The position numbers and the translations under genes were made by a program. A stretch of 64,000 nt of DNA from an uncultured Candidatus Micrarchaeota archaeon (GTDB lineage: Archaea > Micrarchaeota > Micrarchaeia > Burarchaeales > Fermentimicrarchaeaceae), in contig CAVXDX010000004.1 in the NCBI GenBank assembly GCA_963760615.1, positions 64,001-128,000 of the forward strand, given 5' to 3'. The notes below the pieces were generated by a model that was given only the letters and a program-made list of their open reading frames with translations, was not told the origin of the DNA and made no database searches. Position 1 is the stretch's first letter. Each line of letters starts with the position of its first letter. This document shows positions 38,089 to 46,426 of the stretch, piece by piece.

Positions 38089-38484
38089 TTACTCCTTTAT
38101 CTCAAAAATGCTGCGCAAATTCTCCTGTAGGTGTTTGATATTAGGCGGATATGTTAGGCTTGAAAGAGTGTCATCCGCAGTTTTCTTGATATCCTCAGGC
38201 AAATTCAGAGCTAGGGGGTTAAGCGCTATAAATGTTGAAAGCCTAATGGCACCCAGATGAACCAGTGACTCCTGTACTCTCTCTTCCTTGGTTGTTGCTC
38301 CAACAGCCTTGCCCATTTTCCTTATTGCGTCTTTCATCCCATGTTCAGACGACTTAAGTTCTATAAGCTCTTTCTCAACTTCCTCCATCAGAAATTTAGA
38401 TTGCGTATGAAGTGTTACGTCGTCTTGTTTACCCAAGTCGTTTATTGCGTTTATTCTATCGCTTTTTGTAGTGATTAAAGACAT
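38089..38484 (-). CDS. Hypothetical protein
   Basis: 131-aa helical ORF; no recognised motif. Confidence 0.6.
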   Translation of the reverse strand: MSLITTKSDRINAINDLGKQDDVTLHTQSKFLMEEVEKELIELKSSEHGMKDAIRKMGKAVGATTKEERVQESLVHLGAIRLSTFIALNPLALNLPEDIKKTADDTLSSLTYPPNIKHLQENLRSIFEIKE

Positions 38485-38558
38485 GGTAAAATTATGGCCT
38501 TTACCCTATTTAAAGATTGCTCATGCTGAAAAAAGCTGAAGAAATAGAATGGAATAAC

Positions 38559-38861
38559 TTACTTCTTCACTGGGAGCGGCTTTGCATGCGACGCCAGCAG
38601 CTTTATTGCCTGCTCTATGGCATTCCTCACTTCCCTCTCGCTCTTTGAGCCGGTGCATATTATCTTGCCGTTCTTGAAGAGCAGCAACGAGGCTCTGGGT
38701 TCTTTGAGCTTCAGGATGGCTCCTGGGAACTGCTCTGGCTCATACTCCACATTTCGGACTTTCTGCGCAATTGTGTAAAGGTCAAGCTCCACTCCCAGAT
38801 TTGCAGATGCAACGATGTTCTCTATCTTGAACTTTGGCTCAATTTTGAGTTTTTTAGCCAC
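38559..38861 (-). CDS. Single-repeat TATA-binding-protein domain (half TBP)
   Basis: KIENIVASANL...VEYEPEQFPG.....EPRASLLLFKNGKIICTGSKS is one TBP repeat; 100 aa; GTG start with GGTGG upstream. Confidence 0.88.
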   Translation of the reverse strand: MAKKLKIEPKFKIENIVASANLGVELDLYTIAQKVRNVEYEPEQFPGAILKLKEPRASLLLFKNGKIICTGSKSEREVRNAIEQAIKLLASHAKPLPVKK

Positions 38862-38878
38862 GGATGACCACCACTTTA

Positions 38879-38900
38879 TTTATAAACGTAGGTATTTAAA
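38879..38900. promoter_or_regulatory. Back-to-back TATA-like boxes of a divergent promoter region
   Basis: Palindromic TTTATAAA at 38879-38886 and TTTAAA at 38895-38900. Confidence 0.5.
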
Positions 38901-39018
38901 AACCGAACGACGAGCCAGCACTCTGCGGAATATGTTTGGTGAAAGCCAACAGCATTTATATATCTATTTGGGTATATACTACTACTCTACAGTCGTTAAG
39001 TTGGCTCGGAGGGAGCCC

Positions 39019-39297
39019 ATGAGAAGGTCGTTGGGAAAGTTCTCAAAGAGGACTAGGTGCCTTAGGAAAAGGGCGGGGCAGAAAAGCGTCCCCATGAGGA
39101 GGCTTTTGGGCAGCTTCAGCATTGGAGACAAGGTTTGCATAAACCTGGCTCCTTCCCAGCAGGGTTTGCCTCACCCGCGCTACAGGGGAAGGCACGGAGT
39201 AATTGTTGCGATGAGAGGCAAGTCATATGTTGTCGATGTCAAGAGTGGCAACTCGTACAAGAGGATAATACTGCCGGGGATGCATCTGAAGAAGTGA
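39019..39297 (+). CDS. rpl21e: 50S ribosomal protein L21e
   Basis: RTR..LRK, FSIGDKVCI, GLPHPRYRGRHGVI, PGMHL. Start moved to ATG 39019. Confidence 0.95.
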   Translation: MRRSLGKFSKRTRCLRKRAGQKSVPMRRLLGSFSIGDKVCINLAPSQQGLPHPRYRGRHGVIVAMRGKSYVVDVKSGNSYKRIILPGMHLKK

Positions 39298-39301
39298 TGT
39301 T

Positions 39302-39640
39302 ATGATTGAGAAGGACGTTGTATCGAACAGGCCTGCAACGCTTGCCGAGGTAAAGGAAGTGCTTGAGGAGAGGAAGAAAGAAGGTGAATTGGGCTTCGAG
39401 CAGCAGACAACACTTGCCTATGCAACTAAATATGCGAAGCTGAGCAAGAAGAAAGCAGCCGAGCTGATTGAGGAGCTCCAGAAAATCAACAAGGTGAAGC
39501 CCACAGTTGCTGCCAAGATAGCAGACATACTCCCGAAGAACTCGGACCAGATTAGGCTGATATTCGCAAACGAGAGGTATTCGCTGAGTGCGGAAGAGAT
39601 TAAGGAAGTGCTTAAAATTGTCGAGAAATACTCCAAATAG
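39302..39640 (+). CDS. rpo4: RNA polymerase subunit F (Rpo4)
   Basis: TLAEVKEVL, EQQTTLAYA..YAKL, KIADILP...QIRLIF. Confidence 0.92.
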   Translation: MIEKDVVSNRPATLAEVKEVLEERKKEGELGFEQQTTLAYATKYAKLSKKKAAELIEELQKINKVKPTVAAKIADILPKNSDQIRLIFANERYSLSAEEIKEVLKIVEKYSK

Positions 39641-39651
39641 AGGTCAGGAAG

Positions 39652-40218
39652 ATGAGGATAGGAATGGAGGAATATGCAGTAGTATTAGATTCGCTCCCTT
39701 ACGGGAAATCGACAGATGTGAGAAGGGAGCCGATAGCCCAAGTGGTAGGGGAAGATTACTTCACGCTATTGGAAATCACTCCGAAGTCGAGTGTGACTGT
39801 TTCTGTTGGTGAGAGGATATACATAGGAAAGGGGCCGCGGGATAAGGTGGACCACATAAAGAGCAGGATAAACTACCTAGATTTGACCTTTTCAGCAAGG
39901 GCAGAGCTTGAGAGGGCTTTGAGGAGGATAATACAGGAGAAGGAGCAATACTTTGTCGGCTTCTTCAACAAATGCGGCCCGATAAACATACGCCTGCACC
40001 AGCTGGAGCTACTGCCAGGTGTTGGAAAGAAGCACATGAGAGACATACTGGATGAGAGGGAGAGGAAGCCTTTCGAGAGCCTGGAGGACATAAACAAGCG
40101 GGTGGCTTTGCTTCCGGATGCCTCAAAGATAATAGTAGATAGGATACTAGAGGAGCTGCTAGGCAAGTCCAAGTACTACATACTCACAAGGCCGCCTTTC
40201 CAGAAAGAAGAGGTCTAG
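39652..40218 (+). CDS. DUF655 family putative RNA-binding protein
   Basis: EEYAVVLD, GEDYFTLLE, RLHQLELLPGVGKK, PFESLEDI. Confidence 0.9.
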   Translation: MRIGMEEYAVVLDSLPYGKSTDVRREPIAQVVGEDYFTLLEITPKSSVTVSVGERIYIGKGPRDKVDHIKSRINYLDLTFSARAELERALRRIIQEKEQYFVGFFNKCGPINIRLHQLELLPGVGKKHMRDILDERERKPFESLEDINKRVALLPDASKIIVDRILEELLGKSKYYILTRPPFQKEEV

Positions 40219-40220
40219 CT

Positions 40221-41066
40221 GTGCTGAGGGAAGAACTGCTGTCACTTTTTGAAAGGTATGCCCTCAAGCCAAGAAAGAAATTGAGCCAGAGCTTCCTTGT
40301 TGATGAGAGAGTCATAGAAAAAGAGGTTGAGTATGCTGATGTTGAAGGCAAGGAAGTCTTGGAGATAGGAGCAGGAGTAGGCTTCCTCACAAGAGCATTG
40401 GCAGAGAAGGCAAAAAGAGTTGTTGCAGTTGAGAAGGATGAGAGACTTGTGAAAATACTCAGGAATTCACTTCCAAAGTCAGTTGAAGTTGTTGAGGCTG
40501 ATTTCCTTAAGTATGATGCAGGAAAAACACAGGTGGTTGTTTCAAATGTTCCTTACTCAATTTCATCACCATTAACATTCAAAATAGCCGAGATGGAGTT
40601 TGAGCATGCAGTCCTCTGCTATCAGGAGGAGTTTGCGAGGAGGATGCTTGCGAAGCCGAATACAAGTGAGTATTCCCGCCTCTCTGTGATGAGCCAGCTG
40701 AGCTTTGAGATGAAGTTCCTGCAGAGGGTGCCGAGAAACTGCTTCCTCCCGGTGCCGAAAGTGAATTCTGCGTTGATTGCTTTAACCCCAAGAAAGGAGA
40801 GAGTTGATGAAATTTCAAAGGAATTGATTAACCTGCTTTTCCAGCACAGGAATAAGACTCTGAGAAGTTCCTTGCTGAGCTCATCCCGAAATCTTGGGGT
40901 AAGCAGAAAAGAGCTCATGCAAATCGCTGAGAGAATACCATTCAAGGAGAGGAGAGTAGTCTCCCTAAATCAGAAAGAAATTCTCGAAGTTGTGGGAAGT
41001 GAAGAGCTGAGGAATTGTATAAAAAAGGAGTCTAGAACTCCTCATCTGCACGCTCCATCTCCATGA
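40221..41066 (+). CDS. rsmA: 16S rRNA m62A dimethyltransferase (KsgA/Dim1)
   Basis: LSQSFL, LEIGAGVG, SNVPYSIS, YSRLSV, PVPKVNSA. Confidence 0.93.
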   Translation: MLREELLSLFERYALKPRKKLSQSFLVDERVIEKEVEYADVEGKEVLEIGAGVGFLTRALAEKAKRVVAVEKDERLVKILRNSLPKSVEVVEADFLKYDAGKTQVVVSNVPYSISSPLTFKIAEMEFEHAVLCYQEEFARRMLAKPNTSEYSRLSVMSQLSFEMKFLQRVPRNCFLPVPKVNSALIALTPRKERVDEISKELINLLFQHRNKTLRSSLLSSSRNLGVSRKELMQIAERIPFKERRVVSLNQKEILEVVGSEELRNCIKKESRTPHLHAPSP

Positions 41067-41415
41067 TGACCTCTTCAAGCTCAGCCCTTTGTTTCATGAG
41101 AAGTTGTTTTATCCTCGCAAACCGCTTTGCCTGCAAGTCGACATACCTGTACTTCTTGGATGCCTTGTTGAAATGCTCTATGGAAAGGGTGTAGAACTCT
41201 TCATTATCCATAGCTTTTGCAATATCCTCCAGAATCTTGCCCATGAGCTCATTCGCAGCTATTTTCACATCCCTTCTTATCTGGTGCTCCTTCTGGAAAT
41301 TCTTCTTGAGAATCCTCACGACTCTGGCATTTGGGAACGGAAGCGCTAGCTGCTCAAGCTCTTCCTCATCCTTCTCTTCATCAACAGTGCCGGCAACTGG
41401 TTCTCCCTCTCCCAC
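41032..41415 (-). CDS. Histone-fold protein with an acidic N-tail and C-terminal coiled coil
   Basis: LPFPNARVVRILKK...IRRDVKIAANELMGKILEDIAKAM....TLSIEHF, followed by a heptad-like helix. Confidence 0.7.
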   Translation of the reverse strand: MGEGEPVAGTVDEEKDEEELEQLALPFPNARVVRILKKNFQKEHQIRRDVKIAANELMGKILEDIAKAMDNEEFYTLSIEHFNKASKKYRYVDLQAKRFARIKQLLMKQRAELEEVIMEMERADEEF

Positions 41416-41486
41416 ACTATCACCCCATTTCTATTTGTTCATTCATTTTTAAATAGCTAACTATTCAACAATATACCGGTGTTGCC

Positions 41487-42698
41487 ATGGGTTATATAGA
41501 TTTGAAATATAAACCGGATGCAAATGACATGGTATGCTCTTTCTACCTTGAACCTTCTGGAGTCACCCTCGAGAAGGCTGCTGAGGACATAGCAGCTGAG
41601 AGCTCCATAGGGACGTGGACTGATGTAGCAACAATGTCCAACAGGATAAAAAAAATGGGGGCAAAAGTTTTCAGCATCAGGAAAAGTATTGTGAAAGTTG
41701 CATATCCACAGGAGCTCTTTGAGGGGGGCAACATACCGCAAATTCTCAGTTCTGTCGCCGGCAACATATTCGGGATGAAAGCTGTAAAGAATTTGAGGCT
41801 GCTTGACATAGAGTTCAATGCGGGTATGGCGAAATCGTTCAAGGGCCCTGAGGTTGGTCTGGAAGACATCAGAAAGATAACCGGAATATACAACAGACCT
41901 CTGCTTGGAACAATATTCAAGCCCAAGCTCGGCTTGACCCCAAAGGAGATGGAGAAGCAGGCGCATATCATATACTCCAACGGCATTGACTGGTCTAAGG
42001 ATGACGAGAACCTGGCATCAATGAAGTTCAACAAATTCGAGGAGAGAGTGGAAAGGATGCTCGGAGTTGTCGACAGGATATACTCAGAAGAGGGCAGAAG
42101 AGTCATCTACGCGCCGAATACAACCGGGCCAGTGGACATGATGATAGAGCGGGCTGAACTTGTAAAATCCCTTGGTGGTAGGTGCGTGATGGTTGATATC
42201 CTCACTGTGGGCTGGTCCGCCCTGCAGTACCTCAGGGAGCAGAACTTAGGGAGGATAGTCCATGGCCACAGGGCCATGCACGCTGCGCTTACAAGAAACA
42301 AGAAGCACGGTATATCCATGATGGTTCTGGCTAAGTGCTCAAGGCTTGCTGGGGTCAGTGCCCTGCACACTGGGACAATTTTCGGGAAGATGGAAGGCGG
42401 AAGGGAGGATGTTGTCGCACTGAACAACTTTCTGAAATCCAGCTTCTTCGGAATGAAGAGGGTTATGCCCATAGCATCTGGAGGCCTGCATCCCGCTCTC
42501 ATACCGAAGCTGGTTAATGCTCTGGGTGATGACCTGATAATAAACTGCGGCGGTGGTTTGTGGGGCCACCCGCAGGGCTCTGCAGCCGGTGCCCGGGCCA
42601 TAAGGCAGTCCCTTGATGCAGCTTTGAAGGGCATACCGCTACAGGAATACGCAAAATCTCATGAAGAGCTCAGAATGGCCCTGAGGAAATGGGCCTAG
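41487..42698 (+). CDS. rbcL: Form III RuBisCO large subunit
   Basis: AAESSIGTW, KPKLG, SKDDEN, HRAMH, GKMEG, SGG, GGG catalytic motifs all intact. Confidence 0.95.
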   Translation: MGYIDLKYKPDANDMVCSFYLEPSGVTLEKAAEDIAAESSIGTWTDVATMSNRIKKMGAKVFSIRKSIVKVAYPQELFEGGNIPQILSSVAGNIFGMKAVKNLRLLDIEFNAGMAKSFKGPEVGLEDIRKITGIYNRPLLGTIFKPKLGLTPKEMEKQAHIIYSNGIDWSKDDENLASMKFNKFEERVERMLGVVDRIYSEEGRRVIYAPNTTGPVDMMIERAELVKSLGGRCVMVDILTVGWSALQYLREQNLGRIVHGHRAMHAALTRNKKHGISMMVLAKCSRLAGVSALHTGTIFGKMEGGREDVVALNNFLKSSFFGMKRVMPIASGGLHPALIPKLVNALGDDLIINCGGGLWGHPQGSAAGARAIRQSLDAALKGIPLQEYAKSHEELRMALRKWA

Positions 42699-42752
42699 CT
42701 ATGTCACGAGCAACTTACGGAGTATTATACTACCTCAAACACAAATCTAATC

Positions 42753-43415
42753 ATGGAGAGATGCTCAATCTGCCAGAGGGAGTTTGAAGTATCCGAGGGA
42801 GTTTTCTTTGAGAATAGGTGGTTCTGCAGAGACTGCTCCATAGGATATGGGCAGTTTGAGACATGCTCACGGTGCAGGAGGAGCGTCGCCCGCTGGGATT
42901 ACACCACTCACAAGGCAGTGATTCTCTGCAATCAATGCTATGACACGGTTCTTGAGCAGGAGAGGCTTGCGAGGATGTGCGCCATATGCAAGAAAGAGAT
43001 AACGGGCCCTTCTGTTATAGATCCCCGGGGCAGGAAGGTTTGTCTGGAGTGCTACAGAAAAAACAATCTCAGGCCCCTTGGAGTGAAAGTCGTCTCATGC
43101 GTCTCCTGCGAGAAGGAGATTCCGCAAACGGAAGCAGTATTCGTGAAGGAGAAGCCTGTCTGCAAGAAGTGCATTGAGAAATTCATGAGGGAAAGAGCAT
43201 TCCTAGTATGTTCGCGCTGCGGCTCAAAGATATATGCGAAGCCGATGCAAGTAGGGGATGAAACCCTATGCCCCACATGCTACAGCCAAATTCCTCCAGG
43301 TGAGGAGAGGTGCGTAGTCTGTGGAAAGGCAATAAGGGCGATAAAATTCATTAGACGAGATGGAGCTGTACTGTGCATGAACTGCTCAAAGAAGGAATCA
43401 GAGCTTTCTCGCTAG
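42753..43415 (+). CDS. Tandem C4 zinc-finger protein (six CxxC...CxxC units)
   Basis: Twelve CxxC motifs in 220 aa; no CxxCH. Confidence 0.8.
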   Translation: MERCSICQREFEVSEGVFFENRWFCRDCSIGYGQFETCSRCRRSVARWDYTTHKAVILCNQCYDTVLEQERLARMCAICKKEITGPSVIDPRGRKVCLECYRKNNLRPLGVKVVSCVSCEKEIPQTEAVFVKEKPVCKKCIEKFMRERAFLVCSRCGSKIYAKPMQVGDETLCPTCYSQIPPGEERCVVCGKAIRAIKFIRRDGAVLCMNCSKKESELSR

Positions 43416-43706
43416 TTGAGAGAGATAGGCTTTGGCCTTCCTCAGCTCTTCACTTCCTTTTTTGGTGACTGTGTAGTACTTCCTCCTCCCCTCAAACTCG
43501 GAGGATATCAACCCCTCGTTCTCAAGCTTGTAGAGCACCAAATAACTGGTTATAAGTCCATGGCTCCAGCCGAAGTCCTTCTCTATGTCGCTCCTGAGCC
43601 CGTAGGCATACACTTTGCCCCTCTTTAGCTTTGAAAGGATGTACAGCCACAAGTTGCCTTTTGTGAGGCTCCTTCTCAACCTCCGCATTGCCTTGCTGTC
43701 TACCAT
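43398..43706 (-). CDS. PadR-family transcriptional regulator
   Basis: YAYGL, SYLVLYKLENEGLI, RRKYYTVTKKG. Confidence 0.88.
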   Translation of the reverse strand: MVDSKAMRRLRRSLTKGNLWLYILSKLKRGKVYAYGLRSDIEKDFGWSHGLITSYLVLYKLENEGLISSEFEGRRKYYTVTKKGSEELRKAKAYLSQLARKL

Positions 43707-43768
43707 AAGTTATATATGCAAGCTTTAAATATATATTTATTTATAAAATATTTATAAAAAATTAAAAT

Positions 43769-44860
43769 ATGGTGGTAAATGTGGGAAAAATAAAAGTTGC
43801 TCTGGTTGGCATTGGCAACTGCTCTTCCTTCTTGGTTCAGGCCATTGAGTACTACAGGGGGAGGGAGGAGAAGGACATACCTGGAATAATGCACGTGGTG
43901 CTGGGCGGCTATAAGGTAGAGGACATAGATTTTGTTGCTGCATTCGACGTTGATAAGAGGAAGGTGGGGAAGGATCTGAGCAAGGCAATATTCCAAGAGC
44001 CCAACAACGCTATTAAACTGACTGAAGTTCCCAAGGCAGGCGTGAGAGTGGAAAAAGGGCCGGTGCTTGATGGAATTGGAGATTACCTTAAGAAAGTGGT
44101 CTTCATAGACCCCAACCAGAAGCCGGTTGATGTCGCAGATGTGATAAAGGGTTCAAAGGCCCAGGTCGTCATAAACTACCTCCCAGTGGGCTCGTATGAT
44201 GCAACACGTTTCTATGCGCAGGCAGCTCTCGATGCGGGATGCGGCTTCATAAACGCAATTCCCGAGTTCCTCGCATCCGGCGAGTTTGCCAGCAAGTTTG
44301 AGAAGAAAAAGCTTCCAATTCTCGGGGATGACATAAAAGGGCAGCTTGGCGCATCAGTTCTCTCAAGGACACTTGCGAGGCTTTTCAAGGACAGGGGCAC
44401 TGCCTTGGACAGGATGTACCAGCTGAATTTTGGGGGAAATTCTGACTTCCTAAACTTGCTTGAGGAAAGCAGGCTGAAGTACAAGAGGATAAGCAAGACC
44501 GAGACTGTTCAGTCTGTCCTGGAGGAAAAGAGGCTCGATGAGTACAACATAAAGATAGGACCGAGCGATTACGTTCCATGGCTCGGGACAAGGAAGATAG
44601 CAAGCATGAGGTTCGAGGGGAGGAGCTTTGGTGACGCATCTGTTTACCTGGATGTGAAGCTGGATGTGGATGACAAGTCAGTTTCGGCAGGCATAATGGT
44701 GGATGCCATAAGGTGTTGCAGACTGGCCATGGAGAGGAAAATAGGAGGGGCGCTGGTGTCGCCCTCAGCATACTTCTTCAAGGTTCCACCAGTCCAATAC
44801 CCTGATTATGTCGCAAAGGAGATGCTGGAAGAGTTCATAGAAGGGAAGAGGGAGCGCTGA
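43769..44860 (+). CDS. ino1: Myo-inositol-1-phosphate synthase
   Basis: GIGNCSS, INYLPVGS, GDDIKGQLGAS, QLNFGGNSDFLN, KRISKT. Confidence 0.93.
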   Translation: MVVNVGKIKVALVGIGNCSSFLVQAIEYYRGREEKDIPGIMHVVLGGYKVEDIDFVAAFDVDKRKVGKDLSKAIFQEPNNAIKLTEVPKAGVRVEKGPVLDGIGDYLKKVVFIDPNQKPVDVADVIKGSKAQVVINYLPVGSYDATRFYAQAALDAGCGFINAIPEFLASGEFASKFEKKKLPILGDDIKGQLGASVLSRTLARLFKDRGTALDRMYQLNFGGNSDFLNLLEESRLKYKRISKTETVQSVLEEKRLDEYNIKIGPSDYVPWLGTRKIASMRFEGRSFGDASVYLDVKLDVDDKSVSAGIMVDAIRCCRLAMERKIGGALVSPSAYFFKVPPVQYPDYVAKEMLEEFIEGKRER

Positions 44861-44921
44861 GCTCTTCCGGAAAGCATCAGGTATAAATATCTAGTTGAGC
44901 CATCTATACTTTGGTGTTAGA

Positions 44922-45602
44922 ATGAAGTTTGGGATTCCGAATCTGGTGGATGCCATAGGTGAGCTTCCTGAAAGGAGCAATTTCCTATTCATAACCCCGC
45001 CAAGGCCTGAGAAGAACATATTTGCAGCTCACTACATAAATGAGGGCCTCAGCTCCCAGCAGCCAGCTATATATGTGACAACGGACATAGCGCCGAGCGA
45101 GATAGAGGCACGTGCAAGCTCGTTCGGCTGGAATTTCTCAGAACACACTAACAAGAAGCTCTGGTTCGTCGACTGTTATTCTTGGGCTTTGGAAAAAAAG
45201 CCTGTGGAGCGGAGGGATATACGCGTTTCAGGTCCCTCTTCCCTTGATGATTTATCCCTCAGCATAAACCAGGCAACCTATGAGGCCAATAAGCTGTCCC
45301 CTATCGGGAGGGTTGTCTTCCAGAGCCTTTCAACTCTGCTCATATACAACAGTCCGAGCATAGTATACAAATTCTGCCAGGTGCTTGGAGCGCGTCTCAA
45401 ATCCACAGGAATGACCTCGCTTTTCATGGTTGAGGAGGGGATGCACCAACCCGATGTGCTGGCAACGCTTGAGCACATGATGGATGGTATAATAGAGGTG
45501 AAGTTTGAGGATGGGAAATGGTTCATAAGCTCATCCCAGATCAGGTCAAGCGGGAAGGTTGAACTCAAGATAACGGATAAGGGAGTTGAAGCTGTAAGGT
45601 AA
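44922..45602 (+). CDS. KaiC/RAD55-like protein with a degenerate Walker A
   Basis: RecA fold (FGWNF, FVDCYS, RVVFQSLSTL, DGIIE); P-loop reads TPPRPEKN. Confidence 0.75.
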   Translation: MKFGIPNLVDAIGELPERSNFLFITPPRPEKNIFAAHYINEGLSSQQPAIYVTTDIAPSEIEARASSFGWNFSEHTNKKLWFVDCYSWALEKKPVERRDIRVSGPSSLDDLSLSINQATYEANKLSPIGRVVFQSLSTLLIYNSPSIVYKFCQVLGARLKSTGMTSLFMVEEGMHQPDVLATLEHMMDGIIEVKFEDGKWFISSSQIRSSGKVELKITDKGVEAVR

Positions 45603-45607
45603 TTTCC

Positions 45608-46387
45608 ATGGGAGAGGAAGAGGGAGACATAGACGCAGTAGATTACTCCGCCCCGTCATTTGCAAAAGCACCTGAGCCTGCCAGGGAGGAGAAGGTGAAG
45701 ACGGATATACCCGGGCTGGATTCCATGGTAGGCGGAGGATTTGAGAGGAAGAGCGTTATCATAGTGAGCGGAGCAGCAGGCTCCGGCAAGACGATACTCT
45801 CGCTGCAGTTCCTCTACAATGGGGCGACCAAGTACAATGAGCCTGGTTTGTATGTAACTTTTGAGGAGCAGAAGGAGAGCGTATTCAAGCACATGCTCGG
45901 CTTCGGCTGGGATTTTGCAGAGCTGGAGAGGGAGAGGAAGCTGGTTTTCCTTGAGTACCCCCCCCACGAGGTTGACAGGTTCATCAGTGAGGGCGCCGTT
46001 ATAGAGGATATGGTGAGGGATTACGGCATACGGCGCGTTGTGATGGACTCCATAACGTCGTTCATGCTTCTATACAATGATGAGTACAGGAGGAGGCAGG
46101 TTTTCCTCAAAACGATGGAGATACTGCGTAAATGGGGCTGCACAACTCTCCTCACTTCTGAAGGGATGGGCACAGAGGATGGGGAGGTTAAAACTCGGTT
46201 TGGAGTGGAGTTTCTGGCGGACGGCCTCATCTCCATACACACAATAAAGAAGGGTGGCGTAAAAGAGTTTGCGCTGGAAGTCGTCAAACTTAGGGGAGCT
46301 GCCCACGAGATGAGGATGAACCTCATGAAGATAACTCCCAAGGGTATAGAGGTCTACCCCTCACAGCCGGTGTTTGGCGGAGAATAG
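45608..46387 (+). CDS. KaiC/RAD55-family ATPase
   Basis: TDIPGLD, GAAGSGKT, YVTFEE, VVMDS, EVVKLRG. Confidence 0.9.
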   Translation: MGEEEGDIDAVDYSAPSFAKAPEPAREEKVKTDIPGLDSMVGGGFERKSVIIVSGAAGSGKTILSLQFLYNGATKYNEPGLYVTFEEQKESVFKHMLGFGWDFAELERERKLVFLEYPPHEVDRFISEGAVIEDMVRDYGIRRVVMDSITSFMLLYNDEYRRRQVFLKTMEILRKWGCTTLLTSEGMGTEDGEVKTRFGVEFLADGLISIHTIKKGGVKEFALEVVKLRGAAHEMRMNLMKITPKGIEVYPSQPVFGGE

Positions 46388-46426
46388 ACTGAAAGCTTTT
46401 AATTGCGTAAACACAATATCAACTGC

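Noticed and set aside
42753-43415. Multiheme cytochrome c
   Set aside because: The motifs are CxxC without the His of CxxCH, and there is no signal peptide.
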